Shown here: piece by piece, positions 47,235 to 60,990 of the stretch
Layout of the letters: every line of letters begins with the position of its first letter
Position numbering within the stretch: the first letter of the stretch is position 1
Origin: the human T2T-CHM13v2.0 reference genome, Homo sapiens
Reading direction: 5' to 3' (one strand)
NCBI RefSeq assembly: GCF_009914755.1
Contig: NC_060934.1
DNA length: 64,000 nt
Notes under the pieces: generated by a model
Told to the model about the DNA's origin: nothing
The model's input: the letters and a program-made list of their open reading frames with translations, nothing else
Database searches by the model: none
Translations under genes and position numbers: made by a program

Positions 47235-48227
47235 AGGAAAATAAATTCAATATTAAAAAACCAACCATATTTCTATATGCTTGCAATGAACAGTTAAGCA
47301 ATGGAAAAAATCACATCAAAATATGAAATCTCTACAGATAAATTTAACAAAAGGTGTGTAAGACTTGAGTATGTTGACTACCAAACACTGAAATTAAGTG
47401 AAACAGTGACATTAAGACCTAAATAGAGAATCAGAGGACCTAATACCGTCAAGATGTCCGTCCTACCCAATGTCGGTCCTACGCAATGTCGGTCCTAGGC
47501 AATGTCGGTCCTACGCAATGTCAGTCCTACCCAATGTTGGACCTACGCAATGTCGGTCCTACCCAATGTCGGTCCTACGCAATGTCGGTCCTAGGCAATG
47601 TCGGTCCTACGCAATGTCAGTCCTACCCAATGTCGGTCCTACGCAATGTCGGTCCTACCCAATGTCGGTCCTACCCAATGTCGGTCCTACGCAATGTCGG
47701 TCCTACCCAATGTCGGTCCTACGCAATGTCGGTCCTACCCAATGTCGGTCCTACGCAATGTCGGTCCTAGGCAATGTCGGTCCTACGCAATGTCAGTCCT
47801 ACCCAATGTTGGACCTACGCAATGTCGGTCCTACCCAATGTCGGTCCTACGCAATGTCGGTCCTAGGCAATGTCGGTCCTACGCAATGTCGGTCCTACCC
47901 AATGTCGGTCCTACGCAATGTCGGTCCTACCCAATGTCGGTCCTACCCAATGTCGGTCCTACGCAATGTCGGTCCTACCCAATGTCGGTCCTACGCAATG
48001 TCGGTCCTACGCAATGTCGGTCCTACCCAATGTCGGTCCTACGCAATGTCGGTCCTACCCAATGTCGGTCCTACCCAATATCGGTCCTACCCAGTGGGTG
48101 TATAGATTCCCTGCAATCCCGATCAGAACCCCGGCAGGAAACGACAAGCTGCCACTAAAGCTTACATGGAAATACAAAAGACCTAGAATAGCCAAAATTA
48201 CCTTGAAAATTAAGAACACAGTTAGGC
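47235..48227 (+). mobile_element. L1ME-type ORF2 relic hosting the 16-bp VNTR
   Basis: TATTTCTATATGCTTGCAATGAAC...; after the VNTR, TATAGATTCCCTGCAATCCCGATCAGAACCCCGGCAG...GACCTAGAATAGCCAAAA. Confidence 0.7.
47453..48092. repeat. 16-bp VNTR, 40 copies
   Basis: AATGTCGGTCCTAC[G/C]C in phase over 640 bp. Confidence 0.97.
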
Positions 48228-48916
48228 TTGGGGCCGAGAAGGTTTCCCAGCTCCACACCTGGGCCCACCTCTGTGTACCTAGTGGCCGCCCCCTGGGTTC
48301 TCCCTTGGTGCTGGTGATTGTGCTGGCCAACGGAGGACCTGGTGGTGGACCCGTCCAGTCTAGCCCTGCACCCCTACAACCCCCTCCTCCCCACCCCACC
48401 TCTGGGCTGAGCAGGGAGCTCAGACCTCTGTGCACTCCAATTATCAGCCCATTGCCTAAGGCAACAGAAAGCTTCTCCCAGTAAACAAAGATCCAGGATA
48501 TACCCAGCCCCAGTGGCCACAGCCACTCCTACCCATACACACCATCTACTGGCTTGTGGGTCAAACTGCACACCCCGATATAAAACCTGCCGACAGAAGT
48601 GCATAAGGCTCTAGAGGCAAAGCCAAAAGACCCCACCTAGTACTCACAACAGTCACAGCCCCCTACCAGGGGGTGGGGGAGGGATTAAAAGATAATATTA
48701 CGGAGAAAGAAGAGAAAAATCCTACCTGCAAGAAAATAATTACAAAAATTAGAAGTGCCAGCATCTCCAGATGAGCCAGCAGAAGAATTTTGGTGCCATG
48801 AAAAATGTGAACGTAGGGACACCTCCAGAGGATCCCAGTAGCTCTCCAGCAATGGTCCCTGACCAAAACAGAAACTCAGAAATGACAGGTAAGATATGTA
48901 GGCATGGATTTCAAGG

Positions 48917-49372
48917 TAAGGGAGGAGACCCTCATATTGTCTTATGCTCAATTTCTGCCTCCAAAGAAAAAAGTAAAAACTAAAAGGCAGAAATGAAATC
49001 CACAAGAAGACAGCCCGGTGCCATGCCCTGGGCCTGGTAGTTAAAAATCAACCCCTGACTTAACTGCTTGTGTTATCTATAGATTTCAGACATTGTATGG
49101 AAAAGCATCGTGAAAATCCCTGTCCTGTTCTGTTCCATTCTGATTACTGGTGCATGCAGGCCCCAGTCACATACCCACTGCTTGCTCAATCAATCACGAC
49201 CCTCTCACACAGACCCCTTTAGAACTGTAAGCCCTTAAAAGGGACAGGAATTGCTCACTCAGGGAGCTTGGTTTTTTGAGAATAAGACTGCTGACACTCC
49301 CGGCCAAATAAAGCCCTTTCTTTCCTAAACTCGGTGTTTCGAGGGGTTTTGTCTGCAGCTCTTCCTGCTACA
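48917..49372 (+). mobile_element. LTR2-family (HERV-E/Harlequin) solo LTR
   Basis: TAAGGGAGGAGACC...TCCTGCTACA; 4-bp TSD AAGG (48913-48916, 49373-49376); TTAAAA at 49235, AATAAA at 49307. Confidence 0.9.
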
Positions 49373-49812
49373 AAGGGAGCTCGACAAGATGCAAAACGGA
49401 GTTGAAAATTAGCACACAGAAACTTCTAAAGCCACCCAGGAAATGAAGGAAGAAATCTTAAAAATAAATCAATCAGAGCTTCTGGAATTGAAACACTCAT
49501 GGAATTTCAAAATACAATTGAAACTTTACCAATAGACTGGGCCAAACAGAATAAAGAATTTCAGAGCCTGAAGACCAGTCTTTTGAACTAACCCAGACAG
49601 ACAAAAATATAGAAAAAAAATTTTTAATGAACAAAATCTTCAAGAAACACAGAATTACTTAAAGTGACCAAACCTACACATTATTGGCATTCCTGAGAAG
49701 GGAGAAAAAGTAAACAACCTGGAAAATGTAATTGAGGGAATAGCTCAAGAAAATTTCCCTAATCTTGCTAGAGAGGTAGACATCCAGATAGAAGAAATCC
49801 AGGGAACATCTC

Positions 49813-51090
49813 TGATGTGGTTTGGCTCTGTCCCCACCCATATCTCTTCTTGAATGGCAGCTCCCATATCCCCACGTGTTGTGGGAGTGACCTGCTGGGA
49901 GATAACTGAATCACGGGGGTGGGTTTTCCCATGCTGTTCTCATGATAGTGAGTAAGTCTCAAGAGATCTGATGGATTTATAAAGGGCAGTTCCCCTGCAC
50001 AAGCTCACTTGTCTGCCGCCATGTAAAACATGCTGTTGCTCCTCCTTTGCCTTCCGGCATGATTGTGAGGCCTCCCCAACCATGTAGAACTCTAAGTCCA
50101 TTAAACCTCCTTTCCTCTATAAATTAACCAGTCACAGGTATGTCTTAATTAACAGTGTGAGAACAGACTAATACAGTAAATTGGTACCGGAAGTGGGGTG
50201 CTGCTGTAAAGAACCCAAATATGTGAAAGCAACTTTGGGACTGGGTAACAAGCAGAGGTTGGAACAGTTTGGAGGGTCCAGAAGAAGATATGAAAATGTG
50301 GGAAAGTTTGGAACTTACTAGAGACTTGGAGGGCTCAGAAGAAAGGAAGATGTGGGAAAGTTTGGAACTTCCTAGAGATTTGTTGAATGTCTTTGACCAA
50401 AATGCTAATAGTGATATGGACAAGAAAGTCCAGGCTGATGTGGTCTCAGATGGAGATGAGGAACTTGTTGGCAACTGGAGCAAAGGTGACTCTTGCTATG
50501 CTTTAGCAAAGACACTGGCAGCATTTTGCCCCTGCCCTAGAGATCTGTGGAACTTTGAACTTGAGAGATGATTTAGAATATCTGGCAGAAGAAAATTCTA
50601 AGTGGCAAAGTGTTCAAGAGGAAGCAGAGGATAAAAGTTTGGAAAATTAGCAGCCTGACAATGCAGTAGACAAGGAAAACCCATTTTCTGGAGAGAAATT
50701 CAAGCCTGCTGTAGAAATTTGCATAAGTAACACTTGGTTAATCACGAAGACAATGGGGAAAATGTCTCCAGGGAGTATCAGAGACCTTCAAGGCAGCTTA
50801 GGAGTTAAAAATGGTTTTGTGGGCTGGACGCAGGGCCCCCCTGCTGTGTACAGCCTAGGGACTTGACGCCCTGTGTCCCAGCTGCTCCAGCCATGGCTAA
50901 AAGGGGCCAAGGTACAGCTCAGGCCATGGCTTCAGAGATTGAAAGCCCCAAGGCTTGGCAGCTTCCACATGGTGTTGGTCTTACAGGTGCACAGAAGACA
51001 AGAATAAGGTTTGGAAACTTCCACCTAGATTTCAGAGGTTGTATGGAAATGCCTGGATGTTCAGTCACAGGTGTGGCTGCAGGGGCAGAG
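49813..51090 (+). mobile_element. THE1 (C-like) LTR (49813-50175) plus 5' part of internal region
   Basis: TGATGTGGTTTGGCTCTGTCCCCACCC...CTAATACA|GTAAATTGGTACC. Confidence 0.9.
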
Positions 51091-52479
<1,389 letters not shown>

Positions 52480-52542
52480 GCCTCTGAGATCTATTCAAAA
52501 TGAACATCACCAAGGCATATAGTCAACAGACAGCCCAAGGTC

Positions 52543-52543
<1 letters not shown>

Positions 52544-52585
<42 letters not shown>
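52544..52585. repeat. (CA)~21 microsatellite
   Basis: Direct reading. Confidence 0.9.
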
Positions 52586-52588
<3 letters not shown>

Positions 52589-54578
52589 TCTTAAAGGCTG
52601 CTAGAGAAAAAGTTCAGATTATGTACAAAGGGAACCCCATAAGGCTAACAGCAGATGTCTCAGCAGAAATCTTACAAGCCAAGAGAGACTGGCGGCCTAC
52701 TATCAGCATTCTTAAGGAAAAGAAATTCCAACCAAGAATTTCTTTCCCACCGAACTAAGCTTCATAAGTGATGGAGAAATAACAACTTTTTCAGACAAGC
52801 AAGACCTAAGGGAATTCATTGCCACTAGACCAGCCTTACAGGAGATCCTTAAGGGAACTCTGAACATGGAAACAAAATAATGATACCTGCTGCCACAAAA
52901 ATACCTTAAGTACGTAGCCCACAGACCCTGTAAAGCAACCACACAATAGAAACTACAAAGCAACCATCTAACAACTTGATGATAGGATCAACACCTCACA
53001 TATCAATATTATCCTTGAATGTAAGTGGTCTAAACACCCCACTTAAAAGGTACAGAGTGGAAAATTGAATAAAAAAGCAAAACCCATCTTCAAGAGACCC
53101 ATCTCACATGTAACAACACTGATAGGCTCAAAGTAAAGGATTAGAGAAAGATCTACCACACAAATGGAAAACAAAGAAGAGCAGGGGTCACTATTCTTAG
53201 ATGTTAAACCAACAACAGAAAAAAAAGCAGGGGGGACAAAGAAGGGCATTACATAATGATAAGGGGTTCAATTCAACAAAAAAACTATCCTAAATATATA
53301 TGCATCCAACATTGGAGCACGCAGATTCATAAAACAAGTACACCGATACCTACAAAAAGACTTAGATGGCCACACAATAGGAGTAGGGGACTTCAATACG
53401 CCACTGACAGCATTAGACAGATCATCAAGGAATAAAACTAACAAAGAAATTCTGGATTTAAATTCAACACTTGCCCAATTGGACCCAATAGATATCTACA
53501 GAACCCTTCACCTATCAACCACAGAAAATACATTCTTCTCATCTTCACATGGAATACACTCTAAGATTGACCATAGGCTTGGCCATAAAGCAAGTCTCAA
53601 TAAATTCAAACAAAATTGAAATCATGCCAATCATACTCGGAGACCACAGTGGAATAAAAATAGAAATCAGTACCAAGAATATCTCTCAAAACCACACAAC
53701 TACATGAAAATTAAACAATTTACTCCTGAATGACTTTTGGGTAAACAACAAAATTAAGGCAGAAATCAAAAATTTCTTTGAAAGAAATGAAAACAGAGAT
53801 ACAATATACCAAAATATCTGGGATACAGCAAAAGCAGTAATAAGAGTAGAGTTTGTAGTGATAAACATCTATCTCAAAAAGTTATAAAGATCTCAAATTA
53901 GCAATCTAACATCACACCTAGGGGAACTAGAAAAACAAGAACAAACTAACCCCAAAACTAACAGAAGGAAAGAAATAACCAAAATCAGAGCAGAATTGAA
54001 TGAACTTGAGATGCAAAAATCCATACAAAAGATCAGTGAAACTAACAGTGGTTCTTCGAAAGACTAAACAAGATTGATAGACCGCTAGCTGGATTAACAA
54101 AGGAAACTTAAAATCTCCCAAGATTGTACAGGAAAACAAACAAACAAACAAACAAAAAAACACTGAACAGACCAATATTGAGTTGTGAAATTGAAGCAGT
54201 AACCTACCAATCAAATAAAGCCATGGAATAGATGGATTCACAGCCAAACTCTACCAGATACATAAAGAAGAGATGGTACCAATTCTACCGAAACTATTCC
54301 AAAAAATTGAGACGTGACCCCTCCCTAACTCATCTTACGAGGCCAGCATCAGCCTTTTACCAAAACCTATGCACCAGTAACACTCAAGCTGAGATCCAAA
54401 TCAAGAACACAATCATATTCACAATAGCCAGAAAAAAAAAATACCTAGGAATACATCTAACCAAGGAGATGAAAAATCTCTACAAGAGAGCTAAAACACA
54501 CTAATGAAAGAAATCACAGATGACACTAATAAATGGAAAAACATTCCATGCTCGTAGATTCGAAGAATCAATATAGTT

Positions 54579-54885
54579 GCTTTTTTTGTTTGTTTGTTTT
54601 GAGATGGAGTCTCGCTCTGTCGCCCAGGCTGGAGTGCAGTGGCATGATCTCGGCTCACTGCAAGTTCCGCGCCCCCAGGTTCATGCCATTCTCCTGCCTC
54701 AGCCTCCCGAGTAGCTGGGACTACAGGCGCCCGCCACTGCACCTGGCTAATTTTTTGTATTTTCAGTAGAGACCCCCGGGGTTTCACTGTGTTAGCCAGG
54801 ATGGTCTTGATCTCTTGACCTCGTGATCCACCTGCCTCGCCCTCCCAAAGTGCTGGGATTACAGGTGTGAGCCACCATGCCCAGC
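54579..54885 (-). mobile_element. AluY
   Basis: GTGTTAGCCAGGATGG and CCATTCTCC diagnostics; exact TSD AGAATCAATATAGTT at 54564-54578 and 54886-54900. Confidence 0.92.
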
Positions 54886-55847
54886 AGAATCAATATAGTT
54901 AAAATGGCCATACTGCCCAAAGCAATCTATAGATTCAACGCATTCCTATCAAATTACCAACATCATTTTTCACTGAACTAGAAAAATTATGAAAAATTTT
55001 ATAACTATTCTAAAATTCATATTGAACAAAAAAAGAGCCGGAATAGCCAAATCAATCCTAAGCAAAAAAATAATAATAATAAAGTTGGAAGCCTCATATT
55101 ACCTGACTTCAAATTATACTATAAGGCTACAGTAACCAAAACAGCATGGTACTGGTGCAAAAACAGATCCAAAGATCAGTGGAACAGAACAGAGAACCCA
55201 GAAATAAAGTCACACACAGCCATCTGATCTTTGACAAAGTTGACAAAAATAAGCAATGGGGAAAGGACTCTCTATTTGACAAATGGTGCTGGGATAACTG
55301 GTTAGCCATATGCAGAATGACACTGGACCCCTACTTGCACAAATTTTTACAAAAATTAACTCAAGATGGATTAAAGATTTAAATGTAAGACCTCAAACTA
55401 TACGCATCCTAGAAAAAGACATAGGAATCACCATTATGGAAATCGGCCTTGGCAAAGCATTTATGACTAAGTCCTCAGAAGCAACTGCAAGAAAAACAAA
55501 ACTTGAAACAGACCTAATTAAACTAAACAGCTTCTGCACAGCCAAATAAACTATCAAAAGAGTAAACAGACAAACTACAGAACAGGGGAAAATATTTGCG
55601 AACTATGCATTCTACAAATATCTAATATCCAGAATCTATAAAAAAAGAAATCAACAAGCAAAAAACACATAAACCAATTTAAAAATGGGCAAAAGACATA
55701 AACAGACACTTCTCAAAAGAAGACACAAGTGACCAACAAATGTGAAAAAATGCTCCACATCACGAAACATCAGAGAAATGCAAGTCAAAACCACAATGAG
55801 ATACCATCTCACACCAGTCAGAATGGCTATGCTTTCAGATGTTGAGG

Positions 55848-56138
55848 TTTTTTTTGAGACAGGGTCTTGGTCTGTTGACCAGGCTGGAAAGCAGTGGTAC
55901 GATCACAGCACAGTGCAGCCTTCACCTCCTGGGCTTAAAAGGATCCTTTCACTTCAACCCCCTAAATGGCTGGGACTACAGGTGTGTGCCACCACACCCA
56001 GCTAATTATTTTTATTTTTTGTAGAGACGAGGCCTTGCTATGTTGCCCAGGTTGGTCTCAAACTCCTGGGCTCAAGCAATCCTTCTGCCTTAGCCTCCCA
56101 CAGTGCTGGGATTACAGATGTGAGCCATTGTGCCCAGC
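55848..56138 (-). mobile_element. AluJ
   Basis: CTCCTGGGCTCAAGCAATCC; TSD CAGAAT[G/C]GCTAT at 55819-55830 and 56139-56150. Confidence 0.85.
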
Positions 56139-57852
56139 CAGAATCGCTATTATTAAAAAGTCAAAAAACAACAGATGCTGGGAAGCTGCAGAGAAAAGGG
56201 AATGCTTATACACCGTTGGTGGGAATGTGGGCCCTGCGGTCCTGGCCTACAGGGAGACGCCATCCTACAAAATAAAATGTAGAAATGAACACTCCACCCC
56301 GTCCCACGTGGCTGCAAACATCAGAGTCCTTTGGGGATCAGCTGTGCACAGTAAGCCAGCAGTACTCCGATGTCCCCAGGACAGAAGTGTGGAACCACAG
56401 CAATTAGCCACTCTACCCACAACTTCCAGCCTGTGAGCCAGGGACAAGGATGATGAGCCTCAGGCCTCCAGGGGCGTGAACCCGGTGTGCTGCCCCAGGT
56501 CTCACAAGACCCCAGGACACAGCTCTGGCCTGTAGCAGCCAGGACCACCCTTCAGCCCCGTGCCGTCTGACACAGTCACGGCCACACAACACAAACTGTC
56601 TCCTTCATCATGTTTTACATAGATTGTGTTGAAATGGTCCTATTTTGGGCAGAGTCAAATAAAATATTTCAAAAATCGCTTCCCCTGTCTCCTGTTGGGC
56701 TTTTCTAGGGTAACAGGACGCTCCCACTCACACTGCAGGAGCCCCTCCAGAGTGGGGCTGGAAGCTTCTCTGGGTTTACTGAGAAGAGGGCCTGGGGTTC
56801 TTGCCTGTGGGGGTGTTCTGCCTGGCACTCACCGGCCGGCTTGCTGACCTGCAGGAAGGCCTGCGCACCCCGGTGGGGCTGGCTCCCACAGGCCCAGCTC
56901 GGCATCCAGGCTGCAGCCATCTTGCAGCCCATATGGCAGTTCCAAGAGGGGGGTTGGCGGTTTTCCTCCCATGGAACGGCCAGCACACCGTGAAGCTTGT
57001 CTCCTCCCCACCCTGACCCAGTCTTCCCCGAGCCCTGTCTCTCCAGGTCCGGTCTTTCGGGCTCGAATGGCATCTAAACAGGGCAGGAAATACCTCCTCC
57101 TGCCAAAGCAGAGGTCAGGCGGGCGAAGGACACGAGGGTGGGGCCATCTGTTCAGGAAACGAAGGCGGCTTCTCCTGGAGACGTGGAGGGTCCACCTAGG
57201 TTCCTGCTGTCTAGACGGGTAGGGCCCATGATCCCCACCTCTCCACACCTCCCATCGGCTGTCCTGCCCTGTCCTGTCTGTGCACAGAAGGGAGGTGTGG
57301 GCACCGAGGCGGTCCTGGGCTGGGAGCATGCTCTGGCCTTTCTCACCTTGAAGCTCCTCGGGGCTCTGCACTAGCAGCCCACGAGATGTGCATGTTTCTA
57401 GGACAGGTGGCCCCTTAGACTCTGCCACGCAGGGCCCCTCCCAACTTGAGTCACTGGCAGGGCACCCCCCAGCTCACTCTGTGCCCTCTGCAGGCTCAGC
57501 CCTGCTGGGAGGGAGGGCCAGTCCTGTGCAGAGGGGCCACGCCACCTTCCCTCCCATTCGTGGCCAGTGGGAGTGAACACAGGGTTGGTGGGTGAGCCGC
57601 CTGTAGTTTAGAAGGAAGAAGCAAAAAATTTAACAAACTTGAAATGTAAAAATCATGATTTTTACAGAAATACTATGTTCTTAAAGCATTTAAGATGGTG
57701 AGCTCTGCCACCATTTTTTCATGTTTTTTATTTTACATTTAGGTTTGAGGTTTTCATTGTCATCATTAAGTTTCAGTATATTTTCTGCAGTCATCCACAA
57801 AAATGGGTCAGTAGCACAAAAGTGTTTCATCAGAACATAAATGTAACATAAA

Positions 57853-57932
57853 TATTAGCTGGAACCATATAAAGTTGCTACTTGCTCACTTTGACCTCTA
57901 AAAACAGTAATTTCATCTGGCATGACCAAATA
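57853..57932. mobile_element. MADE2-like mariner MITE
   Basis: 80-bp imperfect palindrome TATTAGCTGGAACCATATAAAGTTGC...GTAATTTCATCTGGCATGACCAAATA. Confidence 0.6.
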
Positions 57933-58599
57933 CAACTGTAAGTAACATGTATGTTTACAAGCAAAGCTGACTGGGCTCTCCAAGCCACAGGGACAGCAAG
58001 ATGAAGTTTGCAGGATGCAGCTGGTGACGATCACTCAGGGCATCTCTGAAAGTGGCTCTCCTGCGGCAGGGCCACCCACCCGGGAGGTCACAGCCGGGGT
58101 CACACGGAGCTGCAGGGTGGGGCGGGCTCTGCCTCTGCCGCTCCAGTGCGACAGCAGAGCAGCAGGCATGATGTGACACAGATGAGCCCGGCCCTGGCTC
58201 CTCAGGGAGGACCCTGTAGACCTACGCCGGGGATGGTGGGTGCCCTGAGGAAGGGTAACCTCCCCAGCAGGTCCCTCCACCAGGCGCCACCCTGAGGTCT
58301 CTGGCTGCCAACGGGGCGGGACCGCCTGAGTTTCTAATAGGAAGGATGAGGTCAAAATATGTATCCTGGGCAGTGACAGGCGTTTTTGCAGCAAGGAGAA
58401 AACCTCCGAGATGCCTTCCCAGCCTTAGGATACCACAAACCCACTGTCCACAGGGCGGGTTTTGCACAGAAGTACCAGTGTCTCACACCTCAAGCTGTGC
58501 CGATTCTCCTCACCCGGGGAAAATGCTTACTTAAATGCTTCTTTACAACTGCTCTTGTCAAGGGTACCATAAAACTCTGTGTTCAGAATCTGGAAGCTG

Positions 58600-59720
58600 A
58601 TGGCTTCCCATGGCCTAAGTGGGTGTTGGTGACATCCCCGGCGTGCGGCGTGGCTGGAGCCCCTGAACCCTGGCTGCGGCCACGTCCTCCTGTCACTTTG
58701 GGCTCCTCTGGCTAAAAGAGGAACCCTGCCTCTCCTCTCCCGGGCTCCTCTCTCCCCGCCTCTCCAGCTTGCAGTGTCAACACCACGAACCCACGTGAGC
58801 TCCACCCTGGGCTTGCTCTATGTTGATGGTTTCTTTCCCGCCCTCCCCCGTCTCCCAGGTGGCCGGGGGCTCTTCCCATCCCTCCTGACCTTTCCCTCTA
58901 GGTTTACTTCCTATGAGGCAGCTCCAGAGCCTCGGAGGGGCGGCTGGAGGTCGAGGGCGCGTGGGGGGCCTGGAGGGTGCAGGGGACGCCGAGGGCGCGG
59001 GGCCCAACCTCCGGCCAGCCGCCTGGATTCTGGTCTCTGCTCTGAGCGAGGTGCGTGGGTGCCTCCCTGCTTTTGAGCGGGGATGCAAAGGACCCCCGGG
59101 CTGCTGCGCGGAAAAAGGCGGACGGGGATCCAGGGCGCAAGCAGGGATGGAGGGAGAGGCCGACACAGACGGCGGCAGGTGTGCGTGGTGAGGCCGCCCC
59201 ACGCAGGGATGGGAGGGGCGCGCAAGCCGGGACTTGAACCTGCACTGGCTGAGCTGTGGACGCGGCCTGGCGGCCTCTGCGGAGCGCCCTCTGCGGAGCT
59301 GCCTCTGGCACCTGTCCACAGCGTCTGGACACCGGGCGAGGAATGGACCCGGAAGCGTCCCCTGCCCAGGGGGTGCTGCAGGTACCCAGGGGAAGAGCAT
59401 TCACGGGTGCCAGGCCCAAGGGGCTCACGCCAGAAGTAGACCAATTAGACGACTACAAACGGTGCTCAGTGCTGCAGAAGCAGCCGGGGACAGGCGGCTG
59501 TCGGAGAGGGCGCCAGGCATCTCTGGGAAGGGAGAAACAAATTCCACGGGAAGGGGCCAGCAGGTCCCAGGCAGCATGGGCAGAGAGTGTGGGGTCAGGG
59601 ATGAAGTTGCAGGTGGGTTGGGGAGTGACTTGCAGGCGCGCGTCTAAACCTTATTTCTTCCTGCAGGAAACCATTGGAGCGTTTAAAGCAAGGGAACAGG
59701 GCGCGCTCACTACCACAAAA
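58600..59720. promoter_or_regulatory. CpG island ~3.6-4.7 kb beyond the minus-strand poly(A) site
   Basis: Dense CpG (GGGCGCGTGG, GCGCGG, GGCGCGCAAG) in non-repeat sequence; CCGCCCC near 59194. Confidence 0.7.
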
Positions 59721-60689
59721 GAACCCTCGGGCTAGGTGGAGAACGGGGCAGGGAGACTGGCGACGAGATGGCCGGGCTGGACTCTCGGAAGGATCTGGGG
59801 AAGAACCAAGACTGGCCCAGGATTTGGGCTTGCCTGTCTGCGTCGGGGCTGCCCGTGGAGATGGGGTTCCGGTGAGGAGCAGGAGGATCCAGGCCGGAGG
59901 GTGGGTGGTCCCATCTGAAATGTGGACTGACTGCAGGTGGCCACGCCAAGGACACAGTGAGACATGGGCTGGAGGCTGAGCAGGCTGGGGCTGAGGAGCT
60001 CGAATGTACTGAGTGGACGTATTAGTTACCCCTTCTTTCTTAATGGCCCCAATTTTGTTCAGGGACCCCTCTCTCCAGTCACCATGCACCTTGGGGGAGG
60101 TGGCCCCACTCCTGAGCCCAGGATGGACCTCACTGACCTGAAAGCCCCTTCCCCGTGACGGCGTTTGGATCCTAAATCTAGCCAGTAAGATGTGCAATTT
60201 ACTGGCAACTTGTTTCCTTATTCCCAAAGCCACACAAAAAGAAACTCGTCTCCCCACCCCCACCCCGAGGTTAAGATGTCTGGCTGCAACACTCCCAGCT
60301 GCCGCACACTCCTGCTGCCTGCCAAGGACGCTGCCACCACGGTGGCCCGGCCCGACAGCAGCATGGAGCTCTGCCTTCCTCTGCAGGGGACAGTACATTG
60401 CACCTGCCCCCGGGCCCAGGCTGCGGCCTCTGTGCTTCCAGGCTGATGGATTTCAGCTGGCATGGAAAGTGCGGCATTGCACGAAGTAGAAAGGTGTGGG
60501 CCTGGAAGAAACTACCCAGTAGCAAAGGGCAGACACTGAAGAGGGCACTGCCCCCACTGGCCTCAGGAAACGGGAGGCGCAGCAGCAGGAGAAGGTCAAC
60601 TGGGAGCTGAGAGCACGAGAGGACTGAGAATTGGCAAATTACAATCTCCAGGAAGGCAAAGAGAAAAAAGAAACAGAGCAGCAGGGAAG

Positions 60690-60990
60690 AGAAAGGGCAG
60701 ATGTAATTGGTCCATACGCAACAGTTAGAAGACTGAGGCTGGCAGAGTGGATTACAAACACCCACCACTCCGTGCTGTCCACAGACAACTCCCTTCAGAC
60801 AGGGCACAGGCGGGCTAAAAGTCAAAGGATGAAAAACGGCACGTTACACCGACAGGAGTGAAAAAGAAAGAGCTGGAATGCCTTTGTTACTGTCAAAACT
60901 TCAGAGCAAAGACAATTACTTGGGTCCAGGGTCCTAATGACAGATCAGTCCAACGAGAAGACACGGTGATCCTAAATGTGCATGCGTGGA
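60690..60990 (+). mobile_element. L1M endonuclease-region relic, GC-shifted
   Basis: TGGCAGAGTGGATTA...AAAAGTCAAAGGATGAAAAA...ACTTCAGAGCAAAG...ATCCTAAATGTGCATGC. Confidence 0.55.

Noticed and set aside
47470-48484. ORFs of 186-211 aa (MSVLRNVGPTQCRSY repeats)
   Set aside because: Translation of the 16-bp VNTR; the tail of one (VYRFPAIPIRTP...PRIAK) is decayed L1 ORF2.
55831-55847. 17 extra nt between the AluJ tail and its TSD (possible 3' transduction)
   Set aside because: Too short to tell from a decayed tail or a later small insertion.
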